A DNA stretch of 64,000 nt from Candidatus Latescibacterota bacterium. Its GTDB lineage: Bacteria; Latescibacterota; UBA2968; UBA8231. Shown here one piece after another: positions 1 to 8,889 of the stretch. Within the stretch, counting starts at the first letter, position 1; the number at the start of each line of letters is the position of its first letter. The notes under the pieces are model-generated. The model was not told where the DNA came from. It was given only the letters and a program-made list of their open reading frames with translations, and ran no database searches. Both the position numbers and the translations under genes were made by a program. The stretch is taken from contig OZ242005.1 in the NCBI GenBank assembly GCA_965204725.1, positions 672,001 through 736,000 on the forward strand. The letters run 5' to 3'.

Positions 1-380
1 GCTCCGGTGGCGGCCAGTGCCAACAGCCGCGACCGGAGATTCGAGCGCAGCCAGCAGCCGGCGGCGAGGATGGTCAGCCCGAAGGCGATGGCGTTGATCC
101 ACCGCCCCGTCGCCAGCGGCTCGATGCCAACCCAACCGCCGGCCGCCAGCAATAGGGGGAACAAGGGCGGCCAAGTCGCCATCGGTTGGCCCGCGAAATC
201 CCGCCAGCCCTCGCCCGCGAGGCAGTTCAGGGCCGTAGAAAGAAAAATCGTCGAGTCCATGCCGACCGCAGTGCCGTAGGTAGCGGTGCGGACGAGGATG
301 TGCGCGGTGCCCAGCCCGGCGATGCCGGCGATGAGCAGCGTGAAGCGGTCGCGCCAGAGTCGGGCGGCAGAGCATTTCAT
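1..380 (-). CDS. GT-C (ArnT/PMT, GT39-like) membrane glycosyltransferase, paralog 1 (runs off window start)
   Basis: Manual translation from ATG at 380: MKCSAARLWRDRFTLLIAGIAGLGTAHILVRTATYGTAVGMDSTIFLSTA...WPPLFPLLL, same N-terminus as the four neighbouring paralogs; ATGA overlap with stop of paralog 2. Confidence 0.8.
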   Translation of the reverse strand, partial: MKCSAARLWRDRFTLLIAGIAGLGTAHILVRTATYGTAVGMDSTIFLSTALNCLAGEGWRDFAGQPMATWPPLFPLLLAAGGWVGIEPLATGRWINAIAFGLTILAAGCWLRSNLRSRLLALAATG

Positions 381-2353
381 CGTAGAAGCGAAAACTCTGC
401 TTCCCAGAGGGTGCGGTTCCCCGCGGCAATCCACTGGCCGACCCGGATGCGACCAATGGCGTAGTCGGGGAGTTGGACGATCACCACACACTGGTCTGCG
501 ACCCGCCCGCCGCACCCGTCGAAATAGAAGCCGAGGTTGTCAAAGCCGTACCGCTTGCGGTGGGCTGGCAAGTCCGTCGGATCGGCCGGGACGACGTGTA
601 AAACGAACTTCGCTTGCACGTCGGCGGGGGCGCACGGCTCTTTGAAGTAGGTCAGCTTGCGTCCCGTGCGATACACATCCCAGACGGAGCGGACCACCCG
701 CTCGCCCGCCTGTTCGACGAGTTGGTCCACGTAGCGTTGTTTCCGGGCGCGATGCCTTTCCGCATCAAAGGGTTTGACCTCCGTTAGGCGGAGTACGAAG
801 CCGTCGGCCAGTTCGGCCACGACTTCCACGCCGGGCAGGACGCGGAGGTCCATGGCGTCGTAGTTTTGCTCACTCACATTCTCGATCCAAACGATATACG
901 CGCCAGTGCCATCTTCGGTCCACTGCATCATCTGCCGCGCCAAACGAGGAAGCCCGAGCGGGATTTTTTCCCAGTACTTTCCTAGGGCAGCGTCCCGATC
1001 CCAAAACCAAGCAAGGAATGCGTTGTTGCTGTAAACCTTGCCGTCAATGGGGTTCTCCTGGATGTAATTTATGATCGCGGAATGTTGCCAACGGGCGGTG
1101 TTGTAATTCCAGCCCGGGTATCCGGCTATCCATGTTCGGGCGGTAAGAATGAGGTTCCTTTGTGCCGAGAAACCAACGTGGGCGAGAGTGGCGAGCAAGA
1201 CGAGGGACGCCACAACGCAGCGGACAGCCACCCGCCAGCCCGCCGCGATGGACAAGAATCGGTCCAGCAGCAACACCACCGTCAACAGCAGCGGCACGTA
1301 TATCGGCAGCAGGTAGCGGCTGTCGATTATCTGATAAACCGTGAAGGGCACAACGGCGACCAGGAATGCGAGGTAGCTTACAGCGAACACTCCAAAAGGT
1401 AGAGCCAGCTCCAACCCGAAAAACGGCGACGCGACCCGATCCTTTTCCTTATTCCCGCTCATGCCTAAGCCGAGACCAGCCAGAACGACCACCAGCCCGG
1501 CCGCTATCCACAGGATATAACCCAACCAGTCCGGTGCGTGTGGTGAGACCACCCACCCCCGGAATACATCCACCACTTGGCTCAGCGAATCGGACGGGGA
1601 CTGCCCCGCTCCGGTTTTCCTCCCGGTCAGGTTCCCGGCGACCGCCCAGTTGCGCGTCAGCACCCCCGCGAGGAGAATGGATGGGACGGCCCCAAATACG
1701 ACGACGTGCTTCAACCGGACAGCCAGCGGCAGGGTGCGACGCACCAGCAGCACGAGGACGCCTGCGCCGATCAGCGCCACGCCCGGATAGCGGGTCAGCG
1801 TGGCCAGCGAGGTGAAAACCGCCGCCCACAAAAAGGATGTCCGCCCGCCGCGATGCAGGAAGTCCGCCAACCGGATCAAGGCGAGGAGCGTAAACAGGAC
1901 GAAGAGGGAATCGGTCAGGAGGTGGGACGCGGAACGAGCTAGGGGAACGGAGGCTGCGAGCGCCACGCTGGCGGCCAGTGCCAACAGCCGTGACCGGAGA
2001 TGCGAGCGCAGCCAGCCCCCCGCGACAAAGATGGTCAGCCCGAAGGCCGCGGCGTTAATCCACCGACCTGCCTGTAGCGGCTCGATGCCAACCCAACCGC
2101 CGGCCGCCAGCAGCAGGGGGAACAAGGGCGGCCACTGCACCATCGGGCGGTCCGCGAAATCCCGCCAGCCTTCTCCGGCGAGGAAGTTCATGGCCGTAGA
2201 AAGGAAACGCGCGGAGTCCGAGTTGACCGCGGTGCCGTAGGTGGCGGTGCGGACGAGGATGTGCGCGGTGCCCAGCCCGGCGAGGAGGGCGATGAGCAGC
2301 ATGAAGCGGTCGCGCCGGAACCGGGCGATCCATGTGATGGCGGAGCACCTCAT
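377..2353 (-). CDS. GT-C glycosyltransferase paralog 2 with unnamed C-terminal soluble domain
   Basis: DS motif after first TM, WPPLFP, TDSLF, LTRYPG, DSRYLLP motifs, multiple TM segments; start moved to MRCSA by alignment to paralogs (ORF track extends to 2563). Confidence 0.75.
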   Translation of the reverse strand: MRCSAITWIARFRRDRFMLLIALLAGLGTAHILVRTATYGTAVNSDSARFLSTAMNFLAGEGWRDFADRPMVQWPPLFPLLLAAGGWVGIEPLQAGRWINAAAFGLTIFVAGGWLRSHLRSRLLALAASVALAASVPLARSASHLLTDSLFVLFTLLALIRLADFLHRGGRTSFLWAAVFTSLATLTRYPGVALIGAGVLVLLVRRTLPLAVRLKHVVVFGAVPSILLAGVLTRNWAVAGNLTGRKTGAGQSPSDSLSQVVDVFRGWVVSPHAPDWLGYILWIAAGLVVVLAGLGLGMSGNKEKDRVASPFFGLELALPFGVFAVSYLAFLVAVVPFTVYQIIDSRYLLPIYVPLLLTVVLLLDRFLSIAAGWRVAVRCVVASLVLLATLAHVGFSAQRNLILTARTWIAGYPGWNYNTARWQHSAIINYIQENPIDGKVYSNNAFLAWFWDRDAALGKYWEKIPLGLPRLARQMMQWTEDGTGAYIVWIENVSEQNYDAMDLRVLPGVEVVAELADGFVLRLTEVKPFDAERHRARKQRYVDQLVEQAGERVVRSVWDVYRTGRKLTYFKEPCAPADVQAKFVLHVVPADPTDLPAHRKRYGFDNLGFYFDGCGGRVADQCVVIVQLPDYAIGRIRVGQWIAAGNRTLWEAEFSLLR

Positions 2354-2396
2354 CGTAGAAAGGGCCAATGTACCCATCTCTTTAGTAAAAACAATA

Positions 2397-4409
2397 TCAC
2401 CGGCCTCCCGAAAACTCTGCTTCCCAAACCGTGCGGTTCCCCGCGGCAATCCACTGGCCGACCCGGACGCGGCCAATGGCGTAGGCGGGGAGATCAACGG
2501 TCGTTGTACACTGATCGCCGACCCGCACACCGCGCCGGTCGAAATAGAAGCCGAGGTTGTCAAAGCCGAACCGCTTGCGGGAGAAAGAAAGGTCGGCTGG
2601 ATCGACCGGAGTGACGTGCAAAATGAACTTTGCCTGCACGTCGGCAGGGGCGCACGGCTTTTTGAAGTAGGTCAGCTTGCGTCTATTGCGATACACGTCC
2701 CAGCCGGCGCGAACCACCCGCTCGCCCGCCTGTGCGAGGAGTTGGTCCACGTAGCGTTCCTGATAGCGTTCTTTCTGGGCGCGAATCCTCGCCTCGTCGA
2801 ACGGTTCGACCGCGGCCTCGGCCGTTACGCTAAATACCACGCCATCGGGCGACTCGGCCACCGGCTCCACGCCGGGCAGGAAGCGGATGTCAAGGTCGTT
2901 ATAATCATAAAACCCAGACCGATAGTCGTCTTTGATCCAGACGATATACACTTCGTCTTCGCCCCGTCTGACCCACCCTCTCGCATACCGCGTCCAATCG
3001 CGTATCTCATTCGGAAGAGCCCGATGTTTTCTAATAGCAACGGTCCGATCGGCAAACCAGACGAGGAACTGATTGTTGCTATAAGTCCAGCCATCGCTGA
3101 GGTTGGTCTTGACGTAATTCAGGGTCGCGGAATGTTGCCAATCGGCGGTGTTATAAGCCCCGGCGTCCGGGTACCCGGATTCCAATACTTGGGCGGTAAG
3201 CCTGAGATTCCTCTGCGCCGAGAAGCCGACGTGGGCGAGGGCACCTATCAGGATGAGAGAAGTCAGAACCCACCGGGCGGCAGCCTCAATGGACAGGAAA
3301 CGGTCCAGCAGGAACACCGCCGCCAACAGCAACGGCACGTATATCGGCAGCAGGTAGCGGCTGTCGATTATCTGACCAACCGTAAAGGGCACGATGGCGA
3401 CTATGAATACGAGGTAAGCCACGACGAACACCCCGAATGGGAGAGCCGGCCCCAACCCGAAGGACAGCACCGCCGGCCGATCCGTTTCCTTATCCCCGCC
3501 CCCTTCGTCCTGCCCGCCCATGCCGAAGCCGCGATCTGCCAGAACGACCAGCCCGACCACCATCCACAGGAGATAACCCAACCAGTCCAGCGCGTCCGGG
3601 GGAATCACCCACGCCCAGAATACATCCGCCACTTGGCTCAGCGAATCGGACAGGGACTGCCCCGACGCGCCTCTCCACCCGGCCAAGCGCTTGGAGATAG
3701 CCCAGTTGCGCAGCATCAGCACCGCGAGGGGGATGGAGGGGACCGCACCAAATACGACGACGTGCTTCAACCGGACCGCGAGCGGCAAGGCGCGACGCAC
3801 CAGCAGCACGAGGACGCCGACGCCGATCAGGACCACGCCCGGATAGCGGGTCAGCACGGCCAGCGCGGTGCAAACCGCACTGAGCAGCAGGGGCGTCCTC
3901 TCGCCGCGCTGGAGGAAGGTCGCCAACTGCATCAAGGCGAGGAGCGTCAACAGGACGAAAAGGGAGTCGGTCAAGAAATTTGACGCGAGATCACTCAAGG
4001 GAAGGGAGGCCAAGATGACCACGCTGGCGGTCAGTGCCAGCCACTGCGACCGGAGATGTGAGCGCAGCCAGCACCCGGCGGCGAGGATGGTCAGCCCAAA
4101 GGCCGTAGCGTTGATCCACCGACCCGCGACCAGCGGCTCGATGCCAACCCAACCGCAGGCCGCCAGCAGCAGGGGGAATAAGGGCGGCCAAGTCGCCAGC
4201 GGCCTACCCGTGAAATCCCGCCAGCCCTCTCCCGCGAGTAAGTTCATGGCCGTAGAAAGGAAAATCGTCGAGTCCGTGCCGACCGCGGCGCCGTAGGTGG
4301 CGGTGCGGACGAGGATGTGCGTGGCACCCAGCCCGGCGAGGAGGGCGATAAGCAGCGTGAAGCGGTCGCGCCGGAACCGGGCGATCCATGCGAATACAGA
4401 GCACTTCAT
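2397..4409 (-). CDS. GT-C glycosyltransferase paralog 3
   Basis: Same motifs as paralog 2; 670 aa. Confidence 0.75.
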   Translation of the reverse strand: MKCSVFAWIARFRRDRFTLLIALLAGLGATHILVRTATYGAAVGTDSTIFLSTAMNLLAGEGWRDFTGRPLATWPPLFPLLLAACGWVGIEPLVAGRWINATAFGLTILAAGCWLRSHLRSQWLALTASVVILASLPLSDLASNFLTDSLFVLLTLLALMQLATFLQRGERTPLLLSAVCTALAVLTRYPGVVLIGVGVLVLLVRRALPLAVRLKHVVVFGAVPSIPLAVLMLRNWAISKRLAGWRGASGQSLSDSLSQVADVFWAWVIPPDALDWLGYLLWMVVGLVVLADRGFGMGGQDEGGGDKETDRPAVLSFGLGPALPFGVFVVAYLVFIVAIVPFTVGQIIDSRYLLPIYVPLLLAAVFLLDRFLSIEAAARWVLTSLILIGALAHVGFSAQRNLRLTAQVLESGYPDAGAYNTADWQHSATLNYVKTNLSDGWTYSNNQFLVWFADRTVAIRKHRALPNEIRDWTRYARGWVRRGEDEVYIVWIKDDYRSGFYDYNDLDIRFLPGVEPVAESPDGVVFSVTAEAAVEPFDEARIRAQKERYQERYVDQLLAQAGERVVRAGWDVYRNRRKLTYFKKPCAPADVQAKFILHVTPVDPADLSFSRKRFGFDNLGFYFDRRGVRVGDQCTTTVDLPAYAIGRVRVGQWIAAGNRTVWEAEFSGGR

Positions 4410-4434
4410 AGTAGAAATTTAGTAAAAACAATAT

Positions 4435-4611
4435 GGCCGTCCTACATCCTTCATAAGGGATGTTCTGCATGGCGTTTTGGGTATGAGATACTTCGCTGCG
4501 CTCAGTATGACAAGGTGTCTGGGGCACGAAGCCCTCGTCTGTGTGTCATGCTGAGCGTAGCGCAGCGCAGTCGAAGCATCTCTACATGCTTGCCAGTCAT
4601 GTAGGACGGCT
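4435..4611. mobile_element. MITE/REPIN-like element with 13-bp terminal inverted repeats, ATAT flanking duplication and nested inner inverted repeat
   Basis: ggccgtcctacat (4435-4447) / atgtaggacggct (4599-4611); ATAT at 4431-4434 and 4612-4615; empty site aacaATATcacc at 2390-2401; inner IR gagatacttcgctgcgctcagtatgaca ... tgtcatgctgagc...gaagcatctc. Confidence 0.75.
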
Positions 4612-4614
4612 ATA

Positions 4615-6618
4615 TCACCGGCCTCCCGAAAACTCTGCTTCCCAAACCGTGCGGTTCCCCGCGGCAATCCACTGGCCGACCCGGATGCGGCCAATGGCGT
4701 AGGCGGGGAGATCAACGGTCGTTATACACTGGTCGCCGACCCGCATACCGCGCCGGTCGAAATAGAAGCCGAGGTTGTCATAGCCGAACCGCTTGCGGGA
4801 GAGAGAAAGGTCGGCTGGATCGACCGGAGTGACGTGCAAAATGAACTTCGCCTGTACGTCGGCAGGGGCGCACGGCTTTTTGAAGTAGGTCAGCTTGCGT
4901 CCGCTGCGGTACACGTCCCAACCGGCGCGAACCACCCGCTCGCCCGCCTGTTCGAGGAGTTGGTCCACGTAGCGTTCTTGGTAGCGTTCTTTCTGGGCGC
5001 GAATCCTCGCCTCATCGAACGGTTCGACCGCGGCCTCGGCCGTTACGCGAAATACCACGCCATCGGGCGCATCGGCCACCGGCTCCACGCCGGGCAGGAA
5101 GCGAATGTCAAGGTCGTTATAATCATAAAAGCCAGACCGATAGTTATCTTTGATCCAGACGATATACACTTCGTCTTCGCCCCGTTTGACCCACCGGCCC
5201 GCATACCGCGTCCAATCGCGTATCCTATCAGGAAGAGCCCGATGTTTTTTGATGGCGCCGGTCCGATCGGCAAACCAGACGAGGAACTGATTGTTGCTAT
5301 AAGTCCAGCTATCGCTGAGGTTGGTCCTGACGTAATTCAGGGTCGCGGAATGTTGCCAATCGGCAGTGTTGTACGCCCCGTCCAACCCGGCTCCCCATGC
5401 TCTAGTGGTAATACGGAGGTTTTCTCCTGCCGAGAAGCCGACGTGGGCGACAGCCCCCAGCAAGACGACAGACGACAGACCATAGCGAACAGCAGCCATC
5501 CAGCCCGCCGCCTCAATGCACAAGAACCGGTCCAACAGCAACACCGCCGCCAACAGCAACGGCACGTATATCGGCAGCAGGTAGCGGCTGTCGATTATCT
5601 GAGGAACCGTGGAGGGCACGACCGCAACTATGAATACGAGATAGGCTACGGCGAACACCCCGAATGGGAGAGCCAGCCCCAACTCAAACAACGGCGACGC
5701 CGGCCGAGCCGTTCCCTTATTTCCGCCCATGCCGAAGCCTCGATCAGCCAGAACGACCAGCCCGGCTGCCATCCACAGGAGATAACCCAACCCGTCCAGC
5801 GTGTGCGGGGGAACCACCCACGCCCGGAATACATCCGCCACTTGGCTCAGCGAATCGGACAGGGACTGCCCTGACCCGCCTCTCCACCCGGCCAAGCGCT
5901 TGGAGATAGCCCAGTTGCGCAGCAGCAGCGCCGCGAGGGGGATGGATGGGACCGCACCAAATACGATGGCGTGCTTCAACCGGACCGCGAGCGGCGGGGC
6001 GCGACGCAGCAGCAGCATGAGGACGCCGACGCCGATCAGGACCACGCCCGGATAGCGGGTCAGCACGGCCAAGGCGGTGCAAACCGCACTCAGCAGCAGG
6101 GGCGTCCGCCCGCCGCGGCGGAGGAAGGCCGCCAACCAGATCAAGGCGAGGAGCGTACATAGGACGAAAAGGGGGTCGGTCAAGAAGTTTGACGCGAGAT
6201 CGCTCAAGGGAAGGGAGGTCAAGATGGCCAAGATGGCGGCCAGCACCAGCCACCGCGACCGGAGATGCGAGCGCAGCCAGCACCCGGCGGCGAGGATGGT
6301 CAGGCCGAAGGCGGTGGCGTTGATCCACCGACCCGCGACCAGCGGCTCGATGCCAACCCAACCTAAGGTCACCAGCAATAGGGGGAATAAGGGCGGCCAA
6401 GTCGCCATCGGGCGGCCCGTGAAATCTCGCCAGCCCTCTCCCGCGAGGACGTTTAGGGCCGTAGAAAGGAAAATCGTGGAATCCGTGACGACCCCCGCGC
6501 CGTAGGTAGCGGTGCGGACGAGGATGTGCGCGGTGCCCAGCCCGGCGAGGAAGGCGATAAGCAGCATGAAGCGGTCGCGCCGCAACCGGGCGATCCATGC
6601 GATGGCGGCGCACTTCAT
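4615..6618 (-). CDS. GT-C glycosyltransferase paralog 4
   Basis: Same motifs; C-terminal third nearly identical to paralog 3; start at MKCAA by alignment (ORF track 6636). Confidence 0.75.
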   Translation of the reverse strand: MKCAAIAWIARLRRDRFMLLIAFLAGLGTAHILVRTATYGAGVVTDSTIFLSTALNVLAGEGWRDFTGRPMATWPPLFPLLLVTLGWVGIEPLVAGRWINATAFGLTILAAGCWLRSHLRSRWLVLAAILAILTSLPLSDLASNFLTDPLFVLCTLLALIWLAAFLRRGGRTPLLLSAVCTALAVLTRYPGVVLIGVGVLMLLLRRAPPLAVRLKHAIVFGAVPSIPLAALLLRNWAISKRLAGWRGGSGQSLSDSLSQVADVFRAWVVPPHTLDGLGYLLWMAAGLVVLADRGFGMGGNKGTARPASPLFELGLALPFGVFAVAYLVFIVAVVPSTVPQIIDSRYLLPIYVPLLLAAVLLLDRFLCIEAAGWMAAVRYGLSSVVLLGAVAHVGFSAGENLRITTRAWGAGLDGAYNTADWQHSATLNYVRTNLSDSWTYSNNQFLVWFADRTGAIKKHRALPDRIRDWTRYAGRWVKRGEDEVYIVWIKDNYRSGFYDYNDLDIRFLPGVEPVADAPDGVVFRVTAEAAVEPFDEARIRAQKERYQERYVDQLLEQAGERVVRAGWDVYRSGRKLTYFKKPCAPADVQAKFILHVTPVDPADLSLSRKRFGYDNLGFYFDRRGMRVGDQCITTVDLPAYAIGRIRVGQWIAAGNRTVWEAEFSGGR

Positions 6619-6623
6619 TGTAG

Positions 6624-6664
6624 AGCATCTCTCCATGCTTGCCAGTCATGTAGGACTGCTATAT
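6624..6664. repeat. Truncated right end of the 4435-4611 element
   Basis: agcatctctccatgcttgccagtcatgtaggactgctatat matches 4575-4615 with 2 mismatches. Confidence 0.75.
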
Positions 6665-8733
6665 CACCGGCCCGGTGAAAACTCTGCTTCCCAGACGGTG
6701 CGGTTCTCTTTGGCAATCCACTGGCCGACATAGACGCGGTCGATGGCGTAGTCGGGGAGTTGGACGGTCGCGACACACTGGTCGGCGACCTGCACACGCG
6801 CGGCAAGATCGAGCCAGTCGAAATGGAAGCCGAGGTTGTCAGAGCCCCACCGCCGGCGGGCGATGGGTAAGACGCCCAGGTCAGAAGGGACGACGTGCAA
6901 AACGAACTTCGCCTGCACATCCGTAGCGGCGCACGGCTGTTTGAAGTAGGTCAGCTTGCGTCCATTGCGGTACACGTCCCAATCGGCGCGCACCACCCGC
7001 TCACCCGCCTGTGCGAGCAGGTGCGCCACATAGCGTTCTTGGGCGCGCTGTTTTTGGGCGCGATGCCGGTCGGCATCAAACGGCTCAGTCGCCGCCACCC
7101 TTACGCGGAATACCACGCCATCGGACGCCTCGGCTACCACCTCCACGCCGGGCAGCAAGCGAATGTCGAGGTCGTTGTAGTCATAATACACAGTTCGATA
7201 GGTGTTTTTGAGCCAGACGATATATACTTGGTCTCGGCCCGATTTGCGCCACCCGCTCGCCTTCCGCGTCCACCACCCGCTTATGTCAAAAGGAAGCTGC
7301 CGATGTGTTCGGATGGCGGCGGTCCGGTCTGCAAACCAGAGGAGGAAATGGTTGTTGCTGTACGTTATGCTATCGCTAAGGTGGTCCCGGAGGTACTTCA
7401 GGGTCGCGGAATGTCGCCAATAGGCGACACTGAAAGCGTCGTCGTCCGGGTATCCGGGTTCCAATGCTTGGGCGGTAAGCCGGAGATTTCTCTGCACCGA
7501 GAAGCCGATGTGGGCGACGGCCCCCAGCAAGACGAGGGACGCTAGACCCCACTTGGCTGCGGCCACCCAGCCCGCAACCTCGATGGACAGGAACCGGTCC
7601 AACAAGAACACCGCCGCCAACAGCAGCGGCACATGCACCGGCAGCAGGTAGCGGGCGGACATCTCCATGGGGTAAACGAGCAGCACGATGGCGACGATGA
7701 ATACGAGGTAGATCGCGGCGAACACCGCGAATGGGAGAACCGGCCCCAACCCGAAGGATGGCGACTTGCCGCCCCTGCCTACGCCACGACCCGACAGAAC
7801 GACAACCACCACCATCGCCACAACAACCAACCCGGTCGTCGCCCACAGGAGAGAACCGAACCCGTCCGATGTGCTCAGCCCGGTCACCCTCCACAGGAGA
7901 TAATCAAACCAGTCCACTGCGTCTTGGGGCATCACCCACTCCCGGAATACATCCACCACTCGGCTCAGCGAATCGAACAGGGGGATGGATGGGATGGCCC
8001 CAAATACGACCTGATACCGCGATTGCCAGCCCACTTCAATGCGCTCGACAGCGAGGGAGATGGATGGGATGGCCCCAAATACGACAGCGTCTTTCAACCG
8101 GGCGACCAGCGGTGGAGCGCGACGCACCAGCAGCATGAGGACGCCGGCACCGATCAGCACCACGCCCGGATAGCGGGTCAGCACGGCCAGCGCGGTGCAA
8201 ACCGCCGCCCACCACAGGGATGTCCGCTCACCGCGCTGGAGGAAGGCCGCCAATTGCATCAAGGCGAGGAGCGTAAACAGGACGAAGAGCGGCTCGTTCA
8301 TGACGGCTGACGCGAGTTCGCTCAAGGGAAGAGAAGTTAGAATGACCACGCTGGCGGCCAGTGTCAGCCAGCGCGCCCGGAGATGCAAGCGCAGCCAGCA
8401 CCCCACAACGAGGATGGTCAGCCCGAAGGCGGTGGCGTTGACCCACCGCCCCACCTCCAGCGGCTCGATGCCGACCCAACCGCCGACCGCCAGCAGCAGG
8501 GGAAAGAAGGGCGGCCATTCTGCCGTCAAACCGCCCGTGAATTCCCGCCAGCCCTCGCCCGCGAGGAAGTTTAGGGCCGTAGAAAGGAAAACGACGGAGT
8601 CCGGGTGGACCGAGGGGCCGTAAGTGGCGGTGCGGACGAGGATGTGCGCGGTGCCCAGCCCGGCGAGGAAGACGATGAGCAGCGTGAAGGGGGCGGGTCG
8701 GAACGGCCTTTTTTTATCCGTGGAGATCGACAT
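6664..8733 (-). CDS. GT-C glycosyltransferase paralog 5 (first in transcription order)
   Basis: HPDSVVFLS, WPPFFP, NEPLF, LTRYPG, ARYLLP motifs; same C-terminal domain. Confidence 0.75.
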   Translation of the reverse strand: MSISTDKKRPFRPAPFTLLIVFLAGLGTAHILVRTATYGPSVHPDSVVFLSTALNFLAGEGWREFTGGLTAEWPPFFPLLLAVGGWVGIEPLEVGRWVNATAFGLTILVVGCWLRLHLRARWLTLAASVVILTSLPLSELASAVMNEPLFVLFTLLALMQLAAFLQRGERTSLWWAAVCTALAVLTRYPGVVLIGAGVLMLLVRRAPPLVARLKDAVVFGAIPSISLAVERIEVGWQSRYQVVFGAIPSIPLFDSLSRVVDVFREWVMPQDAVDWFDYLLWRVTGLSTSDGFGSLLWATTGLVVVAMVVVVVLSGRGVGRGGKSPSFGLGPVLPFAVFAAIYLVFIVAIVLLVYPMEMSARYLLPVHVPLLLAAVFLLDRFLSIEVAGWVAAAKWGLASLVLLGAVAHIGFSVQRNLRLTAQALEPGYPDDDAFSVAYWRHSATLKYLRDHLSDSITYSNNHFLLWFADRTAAIRTHRQLPFDISGWWTRKASGWRKSGRDQVYIVWLKNTYRTVYYDYNDLDIRLLPGVEVVAEASDGVVFRVRVAATEPFDADRHRAQKQRAQERYVAHLLAQAGERVVRADWDVYRNGRKLTYFKQPCAATDVQAKFVLHVVPSDLGVLPIARRRWGSDNLGFHFDWLDLAARVQVADQCVATVQLPDYAIDRVYVGQWIAKENRTVWEAEFSPGR

Positions 8734-8810
8734 ACCCCCCCAATAGCCGCTTAGCGTTGCGCTTTTTTAGGTACAGCCCAACCTCACTACACGACACCCG
8801 TGCGGCCAGC

Positions 8811-8883
8811 CTTCCAAGGATCGAGGGCATCTTGCCCTCGTCGAGGGCGGGACGCCCTCGATCCCGGATTCAGCGGCAACAGC
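8811..8883. repeat. REP-like double-hairpin dispersed repeat, copy A
   Basis: ggatcgagggcatcttgccctcgtcgagggcgggacgccctcgatcc; reverse-complement copies at 37108-37181 and 53954-54004. Confidence 0.8.
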
Positions 8884-8889
8884 CGAGCG

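Noticed and set aside
2241-3983. 580-aa plus-strand ORF and similar long antisense ORFs (4834-5874, 26413-27411)
   Set aside because: Shadows of real genes in high-GC DNA with no recognisable motifs.
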